In this document: positions 51,780-61,673 of the stretch, in pieces
Layout: every line of letters starts with the position of its first letter
How positions within the stretch are numbered: the first letter of the stretch is position 1
Source: Kiritimatiellia bacterium
Lineage (GTDB): Bacteria > Verrucomicrobiota > Kiritimatiellia > CAIVKH01
NCBI GenBank assembly: GCA_025054615.1
Contig: JANWZO010000006.1
Location: 7,596-71,595, forward strand
Direction of reading: 5' to 3'
Length of the DNA stretch: 64,000 nucleotides
Notes under the pieces: model-generated
The model's database searches: none
What the model saw: only the letters and a program-made list of their open reading frames with translations
What the model was told of the DNA's origin: nothing
Made by a program: the position numbers and the translations under genes

Positions 51780-52838
51780 ATGGCCATGCCCGCTTTCTCG
51801 CTTCCATTTGAGAAACCGATCCTCGAGCTCGAAAACAAACTTCGCGACCTCGCGCAATTCAGCGAAAACCAGAAAATCGACGTCTCCGCCGAAATCGAGC
51901 GGATGAAGCGCCGAATCCACGAAACCCGGAAGAAAATTTACAGCGAACTCACCCCCTGGCAAAAAGTCCAGGTCGCGCGCCATCCCCTCCGCCCGTACAC
52001 GCTGGATTACGTGCAACACATGGCGTCGGATTGGATGGAGCTGCATGGCGATCGGAATTACCGCGATGATCGGGCGATCATCGGCGGCTTCGCGACCATT
52101 GAAGACGAGCGGGTCATGCTTATCGGGACCCAGAAAGGCAGGGACACAAAAAGCAACCTCGAATGCAACTTCGGTTGCGCCTACCCCGAGGGATATCGCA
52201 AGGCGCTGCGGCTCATGAAATTGGCGTCGAAGTTTCGGCTGCCGATCGTTGTGTTGATCGACACCCCCGGAGCCTACCCCGGCATCGAATCGGAAGAGCG
52301 CCACATCGCCGAGGCCATCGCCGTCAATTTGCGGGAAATGTTTATGATGCCGGTTCCCATCGTGGTCACCATCATCGGCGAGGGTGGCAGCGGAGGCGCC
52401 CTCGGAATCGGCGTAGGGGACCGCGTGCTGGTGTTGGAGCACGCCTACTACTCGGTGATATCCCCAGAGGGCTGCGCCGCCATCCTTTGGAAGGATCGAA
52501 AATACGCCGACCGCGCCGCCGAGGCTCTGAAGCTGACGTCGTCGGATCTGATTGCGATGGGATTCGCGGACGAGGTCGTACCGGAACCAGTAGGGGGGGC
52601 CCACAGCGACCACAAGGCCATGGCCGATACGCTCAAAATCGCAATCCTGCGCAATCTCAAAGAGATCAAAATGATGTCGGACGAGCAACGCCTCGCCGCC
52701 CGATACGCCAAATTCCGAGCCATGGGCCGATTCTCCGAAGGAGCGCCGCCCGGTGGTTACGTTGTGTCGCCGCCCGCCAAACCGGCCGGCAAGGCGGGCG
52801 ATACGCTGGCGGACCAGGTCCCGCCCGCAAATAAGTAG
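51780..52838 (+). CDS. accA: Acetyl-CoA carboxylase carboxyltransferase alpha subunit
   Basis: FEKPI.EL, ARHP.RP, LHGDR, PEGYRKA.R, DTPGAYPG, GEGGSGGAL, YSVISPEGCA.ILW. Confidence 0.98.
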   Translation: MAMPAFSLPFEKPILELENKLRDLAQFSENQKIDVSAEIERMKRRIHETRKKIYSELTPWQKVQVARHPLRPYTLDYVQHMASDWMELHGDRNYRDDRAIIGGFATIEDERVMLIGTQKGRDTKSNLECNFGCAYPEGYRKALRLMKLASKFRLPIVVLIDTPGAYPGIESEERHIAEAIAVNLREMFMMPVPIVVTIIGEGGSGGALGIGVGDRVLVLEHAYYSVISPEGCAAILWKDRKYADRAAEALKLTSSDLIAMGFADEVVPEPVGGAHSDHKAMADTLKIAILRNLKEIKMMSDEQRLAARYAKFRAMGRFSEGAPPGGYVVSPPAKPAGKAGDTLADQVPPANK

Positions 52839-52868
52839 GCCTCTCAGACGGCTCTCCGGAGATCTCTC

Positions 52869-53822
52869 ATGTCCAGCTCACCTGTTCCCGACCGCACGCT
52901 GAAGGACTACCTCGGAATCGCCGGGATCGGCGCTGCTATGGGCGCGGCGGATGTCGTGCCTGGCGTTTCGGGCGGAACCATGGCGTTCATTCTGGGCATC
53001 TACGATGAGCTGCTGGCGACGGTCAAATCCTTCAACCTCGAGTTCCTCAAGTTGCTGGTGCGCTTTCGGCTGAAGGCGGCGCTTGAGCATGTCAACTGGA
53101 AGTTCCTTCTCTCCCTCGTCCTCGGCCTGGGGACGACCCTCGTGACGCTCGCGCACGCCATCACCTATTTGCTGGATCACCACCCCGTGCCGCTCTTCGC
53201 GTTCTTCTTCGGGTTGATTCTCGCCTCAATCGTCTCTGTCGCCACCCACGTAAAATGGAACTTTGCGATGGCGGCGGCTTGCGCCCTCGGCGCGTTTGCT
53301 GCCTACAAAATCGTTCGGCTCGTCCCCGTGACCATGCCGAATGATCCGTTCACGCTATTCTGGTGCGCGGCCGTCGCGATCATGGCGATGATTCTGCCGG
53401 GTATCTCTGGATCCTTTATCCTCTTCATCCTTGGTCAGTACCGATTCGTGATGGAGGCGGTGAAATCCCTCGACGTCCTCACGCTCCTGCCATTCGCCCT
53501 CGGCGCCGCGTCGGGCCTAATGGCCTTCTCCCGTGTTCTGACGTGGCTGCTCAACCACTACCGCCGGCTGACCATCACGCTGCTGGTCGGGTTCATGATC
53601 GGTTCGCTCTGGAAAATCTGGCCGTTTCGCAAGGTGATCGAAACCGTCGAAAAAAAACCCGGCGAATGGATCCCGATCCGCGAGACGGTGGTCTGGCCCG
53701 ATCAGTTCACCGCCGAGGTGGCGCTTTCGATCCTCCTATGCATCGCTGGCTTTGTCCTCATCCTCTGGATCGATCGACTGCAGTCGGAAGCCAATCCGCT
53801 AAAAAAAATTGTGCGCGAATGA
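52869..53822 (+). CDS. DUF368 membrane protein (undecaprenyl-phosphate translocase family)
   Basis: MGAADVVPGVSGGT.A...GIY and AMILPGISGS...LG.Y internal repeats. Confidence 0.92.
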   Translation: MSSSPVPDRTLKDYLGIAGIGAAMGAADVVPGVSGGTMAFILGIYDELLATVKSFNLEFLKLLVRFRLKAALEHVNWKFLLSLVLGLGTTLVTLAHAITYLLDHHPVPLFAFFFGLILASIVSVATHVKWNFAMAAACALGAFAAYKIVRLVPVTMPNDPFTLFWCAAVAIMAMILPGISGSFILFILGQYRFVMEAVKSLDVLTLLPFALGAASGLMAFSRVLTWLLNHYRRLTITLLVGFMIGSLWKIWPFRKVIETVEKKPGEWIPIRETVVWPDQFTAEVALSILLCIAGFVLILWIDRLQSEANPLKKIVRE

Positions 53823-53835
53823 GCGGCGTCCACTT

Positions 53836-53904
53836 GGATCCCATGGGACGGAATTTACATTCTATGGAAACCACTCCGCGCCATTTTTACATACGATGGA
53901 AATC
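53836..53904. repeat. Dispersed palindromic repeat element (TTTACAT-N3-ATGGAAA twice, 32 bp apart, plus a degenerate third)
   Basis: TTTACAT-TCT-ATGGAAA (53854) and TTTACAT-ACG-ATGGAAA (53886); the latter matches the last array unit at 16/17. Confidence 0.8.
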
Positions 53905-53916
53905 AGGAGGGCGGCC

Positions 53917-54891
53917 ATGACCCACCGCTACCTGGCTCGGGCGCGGGAAGTGATCGACACTGAAATCGAGGGGCTCCGCCGCGTTCGAGACGCCCTCGAC
54001 GAAGCCTTCGTGAAAGCGGTGGAGCGAATTCTTACTGCTCTGGGCGCCGGCGGGAAGATCGTGGTCTGCGGCGTTGGCAAAAACATCCCGATCGGCCAAA
54101 AAATTGCCGCAACCCTCACCAGCACGGGAAGCCCCGCTGTCTTCCTCCATCCGTCCGACGCCATGCACGGCGAGCTCGGAATCCTCTCCGACGGCGACGT
54201 CGTCGTCGCCTTAAGCTATAGCGGTGAATCCGAGGAGCTTCTGAATCTTCTCCCGGCCATCAAACGCCGCAAGCTTCCGATCGTCGCGATCACCGGCTCG
54301 CGAGAGAATGCGCTGGCGCGCGTCAGTGATGAAGTGATTGTCGCCGCAGTGGATGCCGAGGCCTGCCCCTTCAACATGGCGCCCACCGCCAGTACCACTG
54401 CCGCGCTAGCTGTTGGCGACGCACTGGCCATGGTGCTTCTCGAAGCGCGGGGATTTCGCAAAGAGGATTATGCCGAGTTACATCCCGGCGGGGCCATCGG
54501 CCGGACACTTCTGCTGAAGGTCGAAGACATCATGCGCACGGGGCCGAGGCTGGCAACTGTGCCGCGCGGCGCGCGCGTCAAGGACGCCGTGGTTGCGATG
54601 TCCAGCGCGCGAGCCGGGTCCGTGGTGATCATCGACGGCGACCGAAAAGTCGCCGGGATTTTCACTGACGGAGATTTGCGACGGCACCTGGACCTGGCCG
54701 ACCTGCCGAACCGAGTTATTGACGAGCTGATGACTCGGAACCCGATCCGCATCCGCATAGGACGGCTCGCGGTCGAAGCCCTCGCAATATTTGAGAAGCA
54801 TAACATCGACGACCTCATCGTGGTCGACGACAGCGACCGGCTGGCCGGCTGCATCGACATTCAGGACCTTCCAAAATTCAAAATCTTGTAG
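53917..54891 (+). CDS. kdsD: Arabinose-5-phosphate isomerase (KpsF/GutQ, SIS + CBS)
   Basis: G.GK, KIAAT..STG.P, HG.LG, SYSGES.E, EACP.NMAPT.ST, HPGG, two CBS; AGGAGG before ATG 53917. Confidence 0.95.
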   Translation: MTHRYLARAREVIDTEIEGLRRVRDALDEAFVKAVERILTALGAGGKIVVCGVGKNIPIGQKIAATLTSTGSPAVFLHPSDAMHGELGILSDGDVVVALSYSGESEELLNLLPAIKRRKLPIVAITGSRENALARVSDEVIVAAVDAEACPFNMAPTASTTAALAVGDALAMVLLEARGFRKEDYAELHPGGAIGRTLLLKVEDIMRTGPRLATVPRGARVKDAVVAMSSARAGSVVIIDGDRKVAGIFTDGDLRRHLDLADLPNRVIDELMTRNPIRIRIGRLAVEALAIFEKHNIDDLIVVDDSDRLAGCIDIQDLPKFKIL

Positions 54892-54959
54892 GGACGCCCC
54901 CATCTCAACCGATGGGCGTTGGACTTGGTGCGAGGACCTCGTGCAGGGACGGGCCCGAT

Positions 54960-56024
54960 CTAGCCGATCAGCCGCTCGGCGGCCTCCTCGATTGGACCGG
55001 CCCCGTTTCGGATCCCCATCCGGCGCAACAATTGGCGAACCAGCGCAATTCGCCGCTCTTCGAGTTCCAGTCCGGCTGCGCCGCCCGTCTCGAGATAGCC
55101 GGCAGCCATCTTGTCATGGCCGCCCGCCGCGCCGTTTCGGCCGATGGCGGCGCGGATGATCCGATTGCATGACGCGGCCCGCCGGCTGCTGCGAAGGGAT
55201 ACGAACAGCCGCCCGGGCAGTTCAGCCGTGCAGAACGACCATCGGATACCCTCCATTCGCAGTAGCAAATCAGCGACCTCGGCGGCCATTTCCGGCTGTT
55301 CAATGGCGCTCAAATGGGTCCAGGCGACGTCGCGCAGCACCCGCGCTCGAGAGAGCGCCTCCTGAAGCCGGACGAAGTACACACGGGACAGCGGAGCATG
55401 CCGAATCCGCCCGATGATCCGCAGATCCGCTTTGGCAACCAGGGAAAGGTAGGCCTTCAAATCCGGCGCCGACACCTCCCGCGTCAGGTCAAGGGTTTCC
55501 GAAACGATGGCGTAGGCCATCACCGCCGCCAGCCAGCGCGGGATATCGACGCCCGCCGCTTCCAGATATTCCAGCGCAAGCGTTGCAGTGGCGCCGGCCT
55601 CGCCTCGGATGTCAATGTGGGCGCCGCTGAGATCCGGGATGGACTTGTGTTCATGGTGGTCGATCACCACTCGGGCGACGGCACCCGGCGGCAATGTGAC
55701 ATTCCGCGACCACGGCGCAGTGTCCACCAGGATGCAATCGTGTTCCGAGACGCCGCGGAGATTGAGGTCCTCAAGGCGGTGCCAGCGGCATTTGAGTCGA
55801 CGCAACAATTCCTTGTTCTCCGCGCGCGACACATCACCGCTGAATGCGATTTGGCTCTGAATTCCAAAATGCTTGTCGAGCAGCCAATGGATGGCCGCGG
55901 CTGAAGCGATGGCATCCGGATCGGGGAAATCGTGGGGGACGATCAGTATGCGCCGATTCGATGGCAGCGCCCGACGGAGCGAATCCAGTCTCGACGAGCT
56001 CGGTTCCGACGGCGGCGTTTCCAT
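54960..56024 (-). CDS. DHH/DHHA1 family phosphoesterase
   Basis: HD.PDPDAIAS, LVDT, IDHH, GATAT, AGGH. Confidence 0.9.
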   Translation of the reverse strand: METPPSEPSSSRLDSLRRALPSNRRILIVPHDFPDPDAIASAAAIHWLLDKHFGIQSQIAFSGDVSRAENKELLRRLKCRWHRLEDLNLRGVSEHDCILVDTAPWSRNVTLPPGAVARVVIDHHEHKSIPDLSGAHIDIRGEAGATATLALEYLEAAGVDIPRWLAAVMAYAIVSETLDLTREVSAPDLKAYLSLVAKADLRIIGRIRHAPLSRVYFVRLQEALSRARVLRDVAWTHLSAIEQPEMAAEVADLLLRMEGIRWSFCTAELPGRLFVSLRSSRRAASCNRIIRAAIGRNGAAGGHDKMAAGYLETGGAAGLELEERRIALVRQLLRRMGIRNGAGPIEEAAERLIG

Positions 56025-56070
56025 GGCTGCTCAGGGGTTCTGCGGGACATGCCGACCCGCAGGCGAGGGA

Positions 56071-57312
56071 TCAGGGCGCGGCAGTAAAACAGAGCGTCGC
56101 GTTATGGCCGCCGAAACCGAATGAATTTTTGAGAGCCGCCGTGATCCGATGTTCGCGCGCTGTATGCGGCACAAAATCCAGATCACACCCATCGTCGGGG
56201 TCGTCGAGGTTGATTGTCGGGTGGACCGCGCCGCGATGGATCATCAGCGCCACAGCGACCGATTCAAGTCCGCCGGCCGCGCCGAGCCCGTGTCCGATCA
56301 TAGACTTTGTGGCGCTCACCGGGATTGATTTGGCGTGCTCACCCAAGGCGATCTTGATGGCCTTGACCTCACAGAGATCGCCGAGTTGCGTGCTCGTGGC
56401 GTGCGGGTTGATGTAGTTGATCTGCTCCGGCGACAAGCCGGCGTCCTGGATGGCCAGGGACATGGCCCGCGAGGCGCCGGCGCCCTCCTCGTGCGGAGCG
56501 GTGATGTGGAAGGCATCGCAGGTTCGGCCGTATCCCGCCAGTTCGCAATAGATCCTCGCGCCGCGGGCCTTCGCGTGTTCATAGTCCTCGAGCACCATGA
56601 TGCCGGCGCCTTCGGCGATGACGAAGCCATCGCGCGCGCGGTCGAACGGACGCGAGGCCTTTTCAGGTTCGTCATTCCGGGTGCTGAGGGCGCGCATGGC
56701 ACAGAAGCCACCAACGCCCAGTTCGCAAATGCTCCCCTCGGCCCCGCCGGCAATCATGACGTCGGCCTCTCCATTGCGAATCATCCGCATTGCCTCGCCC
56801 AGGCAGTGCGTTGCGGTGGCGCAGGCGGAGGTGATGCAGAAATTCGGTCCCTGCAGACCGTATTCGATCGCCAGATATCCCGGGAGAATATTCGTGATCA
56901 TCTGCGGGATCATGAAGGGAGAGAAACGGGAGGGTCCTTTTTCGATCAGAACGCGCATTTGATCCTGCAGGATGAGCAAGCCGCCGATGCCAGAGCCGAC
57001 GAGCGCCCCGCACCGGGAAGGATCCTCTTTGGAAAAATCCAGCCCGGCGTCGGCGACCGCCATTTTGGAGGCAACCATGCCATACAAGCAAAAGGGATCC
57101 ATCCGTCGCTGCTCTTTTTTGGGAATGTAGGGGTCCGGGTTGAATTCCACGACCTCCCCGGCGATCTGTGAGGCGTAGCCGGAGACGTCAAACGACTGAA
57201 TTCTCCGGATGCCGGATTTCCCCGCGAGGAGGCGGTCCAAAAACAATTTCAGGTCGGACCCCAGCGGGGACACAACCCCCAAACCCGTCACTACGACACG
57301 ACGGCGGCTCAT
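56071..57312 (-). CDS. fabF: 3-oxoacyl-ACP synthase II
   Basis: RRVVVTGLG, SACAT, SRPFD..RDGF, HATST, SMIGH, NSFGFGG.N. Confidence 0.98.
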   Translation of the reverse strand: MSRRRVVVTGLGVVSPLGSDLKLFLDRLLAGKSGIRRIQSFDVSGYASQIAGEVVEFNPDPYIPKKEQRRMDPFCLYGMVASKMAVADAGLDFSKEDPSRCGALVGSGIGGLLILQDQMRVLIEKGPSRFSPFMIPQMITNILPGYLAIEYGLQGPNFCITSACATATHCLGEAMRMIRNGEADVMIAGGAEGSICELGVGGFCAMRALSTRNDEPEKASRPFDRARDGFVIAEGAGIMVLEDYEHAKARGARIYCELAGYGRTCDAFHITAPHEEGAGASRAMSLAIQDAGLSPEQINYINPHATSTQLGDLCEVKAIKIALGEHAKSIPVSATKSMIGHGLGAAGGLESVAVALMIHRGAVHPTINLDDPDDGCDLDFVPHTAREHRITAALKNSFGFGGHNATLCFTAAP

Positions 57313-57375
57313 AAAGGTTTCTCTAAGGTTGGGACCGAATTTCAACGCCGCCCGAGTGCGGCTAGGCGCCGAGCG

Positions 57376-57618
57376 CTATTTATCCCCGTAGCCTTTCTCC
57401 TTGAGATAGTTGATCACGGCGCCGACGGTGGTCAACTTTTCAGCGTCTTCGTCCGGAATCTCGGCGCCGAATTCCTCTTCAAACGCCATCACCAGTTCGA
57501 CCGTGTCGAGCGAATCCGCTCCGAGGTCTTCAATAAACGAGGCCTCGGGGGTGACCTGGTCGGCATTGACACCGAGTTGCTCCACGATGATTTCCTTCAC
57601 TTTGTCTTCCAGTGCCAT
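57376..57618 (-). CDS. acpP: Acyl carrier protein
   Basis: [20 protein letters not shown]. Confidence 0.99.
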   Translation of the reverse strand: MALEDKVKEIIVEQLGVNADQVTPEASFIEDLGADSLDTVELVMAFEEEFGAEIPDEDAEKLTTVGAVINYLKEKGYGDK

Positions 57619-57639
57619 GGTTGCTCTCCTTCCAAAAAG

Positions 57640-58383
57640 TTACATGACCATGCCGCCGCAGACCTGAATGACCTGCCCGGTGATATAGGATGCATCGTCG
57701 CTTGCGAGGAAGGCCGCCGTCGCCGCGACGTCGTCAGGGCTACCGTACCGTCCTAAAGGGATCATTTCCAGCATCTTCTTCTGCAGTTCGCCATTGAGCT
57801 GTTCGGTCATCCGCGTGGTGATGAAGCCGGGCGCGATCGCGTTGGCGCGGATACCGCGAGAGGCAAGCTCTTTGGCGACGCTTTTGGTAAAGGCAATAAT
57901 GCCAGCCTTGGAGGCGGCATAGTTTGCCTGCCCAGGATTTCCAATCAGTCCGATGATTGAGGAAATATTCACGATCGATCCCGCCCGTTGTTTCATCATT
58001 AGGCGGGCGACAGATTTTGTGAACAAAAAGACGGCGCGCAGGTTGACGGCCATCACTTCATCCCAGTCGGCCGCAGACATCCGGATCAAAAGCCCGTCTC
58101 GAGTAATTCCCGCATTATTGACAAGAATATCGACGCGCCCCCAGGCTTGCTCAACTTGGGCAACCGAGGCCACGATGGCATCCGCATCCTTGACGTCAAC
58201 CTGATGGATCAAGGCACGGCGGCCGACGGCAGCCACGGCCTGGGCGGTTTCCTGGAGCCTTTCCAAATTTTGGCCAAAACACGCGACATCCGCCCCCTCG
58301 GTGGCGAGGCGTACGGCAACCGAGCGGCCAATGCCGCCGCTGGCGCCCGTCACGATGGCTGTTTTGCCTGCCAATCTCGCCAT
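57640..58383 (-). CDS. fabG: 3-oxoacyl-ACP reductase
   Basis: TGASGGIG, NNAGITRD, GQANYAASK, APGFI.T, TGQVI...GG. Confidence 0.97.
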   Translation of the reverse strand: MARLAGKTAIVTGASGGIGRSVAVRLATEGADVACFGQNLERLQETAQAVAAVGRRALIHQVDVKDADAIVASVAQVEQAWGRVDILVNNAGITRDGLLIRMSAADWDEVMAVNLRAVFLFTKSVARLMMKQRAGSIVNISSIIGLIGNPGQANYAASKAGIIAFTKSVAKELASRGIRANAIAPGFITTRMTEQLNGELQKKMLEMIPLGRYGSPDDVAATAAFLASDDASYITGQVIQVCGGMVM

Positions 58384-58420
58384 GGCTACCGTACCCAATC
58401 TCGAGGCACAGCGCGGATCA

Positions 58421-59335
58421 TCATGAGGCACCATTTAATCCTGAGAGATCCTGTATGCTATGGAGGATAGCTCCCTTGTCAATTCGTTTGACCAGACCGC
58501 TGAGGACCTTGCCCGGACCGCACTCGAGATAATGGGTCACGCCGTCGGCCTTCATGGCCTCAATCGAGTCGAGCCACCGCACGGGGGAGTACACTTGGGC
58601 CACCATCAGCCGCCGAATTTCCTCGGGCGTGGTGTGGGGCCGTGCGGTGACATTGGAGTAGACGGGAAATGCCGGCTCGCGAAATTCGATGCTGTTGAGC
58701 GTCTCGGCAAGGCGATCTGCCGCTTCGCGCATGAGCGTGGAATGGAAGGCGCCGGCTACATTCAGGCGGATCGCCTTGCGGATCCCCATGTCACGGGCGA
58801 GGGTCTCGGCGCGTTGGACGCCTTCAATGGGCCCGCTTAACACAATCTGCTCCTGCGAATTGAGATTGGCTTTTTCCAACCCGCTTTCCGCACACAGACG
58901 GTCTATCTGTTCCGGGGTTGCGCCGATGATGCTGATCATGCCGCCAGGCCGCCGGTTGCAGGCTTCCGTCATGAAGCGGCCCCGAGCTTCGAGGATGCGA
59001 AGAGCATCCTCAAACGAAACCACGCCGGCAAGGTAAAGGGCAGTCCATTCGCCAGAACTTAGGCCGGCGGCGCAATCGCAAGCCCATTCGGGATGCCGCT
59101 GGGTCCACGCCGTCCAGGCCGCCACGCTGTGCACAAAAATTGCCGGTTGGGCGTTTGCGGAAACGGTTAATTTTTCGATCGGTCCGTGAAAACTGACGTC
59201 GGCCAGGTCAAAGCCGAGCACTTCCGATGCGCGGCGATACAGCTCCCCGCAGGCCGGAATCGACTCCGCCAGCTCTTTGCCCATGCCGACGAACTGAGCC
59301 CCCTGCCCCGGACACAGCAACGCGTTTTTTGCCAT
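58421..59335 (-). CDS. fabD: Malonyl-CoA:ACP transacylase
   Basis: PGQGAQ, QPAI, GLSSGE, R...M, AFHS, PV.W, E.GPG.VL.GL. Confidence 0.97.
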   Translation of the reverse strand: MAKNALLCPGQGAQFVGMGKELAESIPACGELYRRASEVLGFDLADVSFHGPIEKLTVSANAQPAIFVHSVAAWTAWTQRHPEWACDCAAGLSSGEWTALYLAGVVSFEDALRILEARGRFMTEACNRRPGGMISIIGATPEQIDRLCAESGLEKANLNSQEQIVLSGPIEGVQRAETLARDMGIRKAIRLNVAGAFHSTLMREAADRLAETLNSIEFREPAFPVYSNVTARPHTTPEEIRRLMVAQVYSPVRWLDSIEAMKADGVTHYLECGPGKVLSGLVKRIDKGAILHSIQDLSGLNGAS

Positions 59336-59377
59336 CGATCGTTTCCTCCATCGGCCCGCCCGGCAGCGGGCGAAACA

Positions 59378-60394
59378 TCACCATTCCAGGACGGTGGCGC
59401 CCCATGTAAAGCCGCCGCCGAACGCCACAAGCAACACAAGATCGCCCCGCCGAATCCGGCCAGCCCTCTGCGCCTCGTCGAGGGCGAGAATCACCGACGC
59501 GGCAGAGGTATTCCCGTATCGATCGAGATTCACGTAGTATTTTTCCGGCGTTCCGCCCAACCGTTCGCCGATCGCCGTGATGATCCGATGGTTGGCCTGG
59601 TGGGGAATAATCAGCGCGATGTCATCCACGGTCAGGCCAGCGCGATCAAGGGCGCGTTTGGCGACGTCCGTCATGCATGTCACCGCGTGTTTAAAAACTT
59701 CGCGTCCTTCCATTTTCATATAATGAAGGCCTTGGGCGATCGTTTCGGGGCTGGTGGGATGCCGTGATCCGCCGCCCGGCAATTTGAGAAGGTCGGACAG
59801 GGTGCCGTCGGACCGCATGACCGAGGCAAGAATCCCCTTTCGGCCGGGAACAGACTGCACCACGGCCGCGCCAGCGCCGTCGCCAAACAGGACGCAGAGA
59901 GACCGGTCGCTCCAATCGGTGATACAGGAGATTTTTTCAGCCCCGATCACCAGCACGGTCCTGGCCGAACCGGTGCCGATATACTGGCGCGCAATGTCGA
60001 GCGCATAAACAAATCCGGAACACGCGGCTTCAATGTCGAAGCAGAAGGCATTGACCGCCCCGATCTTGGCCTGCACAAAACAGGCCGTGTTCGGGAATCC
60101 CATGTCCGGCGTGATCGTGGCGACGATGATCAGGTCGACTTCCTCGGGCGACACTCCCGCATCGCTCAACGCGCGCCGGGCAGCGGCCGCGGCCATGTCG
60201 GAGGTTGCCTCTTCCGGAGCGGCGATTCGCCGCTCTCGAATGCCCGTTCGCGTGACAATCCATTCGTCCGTCGTGTCGACCATTTTCTCCAGGTCGGCGT
60301 TCGTCAAAACGCGGGCGGGCACGTAGGCGCCGGTGGCGACTATCGAGGCCCGGGGGATCCCGGCCCACGTCGCATGCGCGTCGGTCGATCTCAT
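59378..60394 (-). CDS. fabH: 3-oxoacyl-ACP synthase III
   Basis: WI..RTGI.ERR, AACSG, FGDGAGA, PHQAN, GNTSAAS, FGGG.TW. Confidence 0.98.
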   Translation of the reverse strand: MRSTDAHATWAGIPRASIVATGAYVPARVLTNADLEKMVDTTDEWIVTRTGIRERRIAAPEEATSDMAAAAARRALSDAGVSPEEVDLIIVATITPDMGFPNTACFVQAKIGAVNAFCFDIEAACSGFVYALDIARQYIGTGSARTVLVIGAEKISCITDWSDRSLCVLFGDGAGAAVVQSVPGRKGILASVMRSDGTLSDLLKLPGGGSRHPTSPETIAQGLHYMKMEGREVFKHAVTCMTDVAKRALDRAGLTVDDIALIIPHQANHRIITAIGERLGGTPEKYYVNLDRYGNTSAASVILALDEAQRAGRIRRGDLVLLVAFGGGFTWGATVLEW

Positions 60395-61419
60395 CCGTTT
60401 TTTACTCCGGGGGATACTCTCTGCTTAACGCGAGAAATCTCCTCGGTGATCAGGTGGTTGATATCCTGCTTGACCGCCTCGCCTGAAACGCGGATGCCGT
60501 TAAACACGGCCGTCGCGTTGGAAGAACCGTGGCCGATGATGCTAACGCCGCGCACACCCAGGAGTGGGGCCCCGCCGTACTGGGCGGGATCGGTTTTTTG
60601 CTTGAGACCGATCAGGGCGCCTCGCAGACATAAGGCGCCGAACATTCGGATCGGGTTTGCTTTGAACGCTTGTTTGAGCCAGACGCTCATGGCGTGAGCC
60701 ACGCTCTCGCTGGTTTTGAGGATGACATTTCCAACAAATCCGTCGCAGACCACGACATCAATTTCGCCTTCGAACAGGTCGTGGCCCTCGATGTTCCCCG
60801 CGAAGTTCAGACCCGAACTTTCCAGCAGGCGAAAGGCCTCCTTTGTTGTCGCATTGCCCTTGGCGTCCTCCTCGCCGATGCTCATCAATCCAATGCGGGG
60901 GTTGCGAGCCTTCAAAATCTCCCGCGAATACACCATTCCCATGACCGCAAACTCAAGCAACATGTCCGGCGTGCAATCGGTGTTTGCCCCGGCGTCCAAA
61001 AGAACGAACGGCTTGGTTGGCGATGGAAAGACGGTCGCGATGGCAGGACGCTGGACACCCTCGAGGGTGCGCAGCTTCAGCATGCTTGCGGCAACCTGCG
61101 CCCCGGTGCTCCCCGCGGAAAAAATGGCATCCGCCTCCCCTTCCTTGACGAGGTCCACCGCGCGATTAATAGAGGAATCTTTTTTCTTGCGGACCGCGAC
61201 GGCGGGGGTTTCCCCCATTTCAACAACTTCGGTGCAGTGACGGATTCGTATGGTATGCGGAGTTTCGCCGTGCCGCCGGAGTTCTTCACGTATCCGGGAT
61301 TCGTCACCGACTAGAATAAGTTCGCTGATCGACTTTAGCTCCCGGGCGGCGCGGACAGCCCCCTCGACGATGGCCGCCGGGGCGTAATCGCCGCCCATCG
61401 CGTCAACGGCAATTCTCAT
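60391..61419 (-). CDS. plsX: Phosphate acyltransferase
   Basis: IAVDAMGGD.AP, LD.GAN, IGEE..KG, DGFVGN..LK..E, GGAPLLG, HGSS. Confidence 0.98.
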   Translation of the reverse strand: MRIAVDAMGGDYAPAAIVEGAVRAARELKSISELILVGDESRIREELRRHGETPHTIRIRHCTEVVEMGETPAVAVRKKKDSSINRAVDLVKEGEADAIFSAGSTGAQVAASMLKLRTLEGVQRPAIATVFPSPTKPFVLLDAGANTDCTPDMLLEFAVMGMVYSREILKARNPRIGLMSIGEEDAKGNATTKEAFRLLESSGLNFAGNIEGHDLFEGEIDVVVCDGFVGNVILKTSESVAHAMSVWLKQAFKANPIRMFGALCLRGALIGLKQKTDPAQYGGAPLLGVRGVSIIGHGSSNATAVFNGIRVSGEAVKQDINHLITEEISRVKQRVSPGVKNG

Positions 61420-61447
61420 ACGAGGACAGGCATTCCTCGAAACCAGC

Positions 61448-61633
61448 TTATTCGTCCGCCGAAACTGACAGGACCTTTCGGCCCTTGTACATTCCCGTCA
61501 CGGGGTCCACCCGGTGCGGTTGATGCCAAGAGCCGGTTTTCGGATCGCGCGACATACCGGCCATCGGCTTTCGGTGCGACGCCTGGCGTTGCCGGCGCTT
61601 CATCTTGGACGTTTTTCTCTTCGGAACACCCAT
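61448..61633 (-). CDS. rpmF: 50S ribosomal protein L32 (cysteine-free form)
   Basis: MGVPKRKTSK...PHRV...G.YKG; position between yceD and plsX. Confidence 0.96.
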   Translation of the reverse strand: MGVPKRKTSKMKRRQRQASHRKPMAGMSRDPKTGSWHQPHRVDPVTGMYKGRKVLSVSADE

Positions 61634-61673
61634 GGTCTCTCCTTGATCGGACGCCGCAACCGACCTCGCTCCT

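Noticed and set aside
54893..54920. Hairpin between convergent kdsD and DHH genes as a terminator
   Set aside because: Bulged stem and no U tract on either strand.
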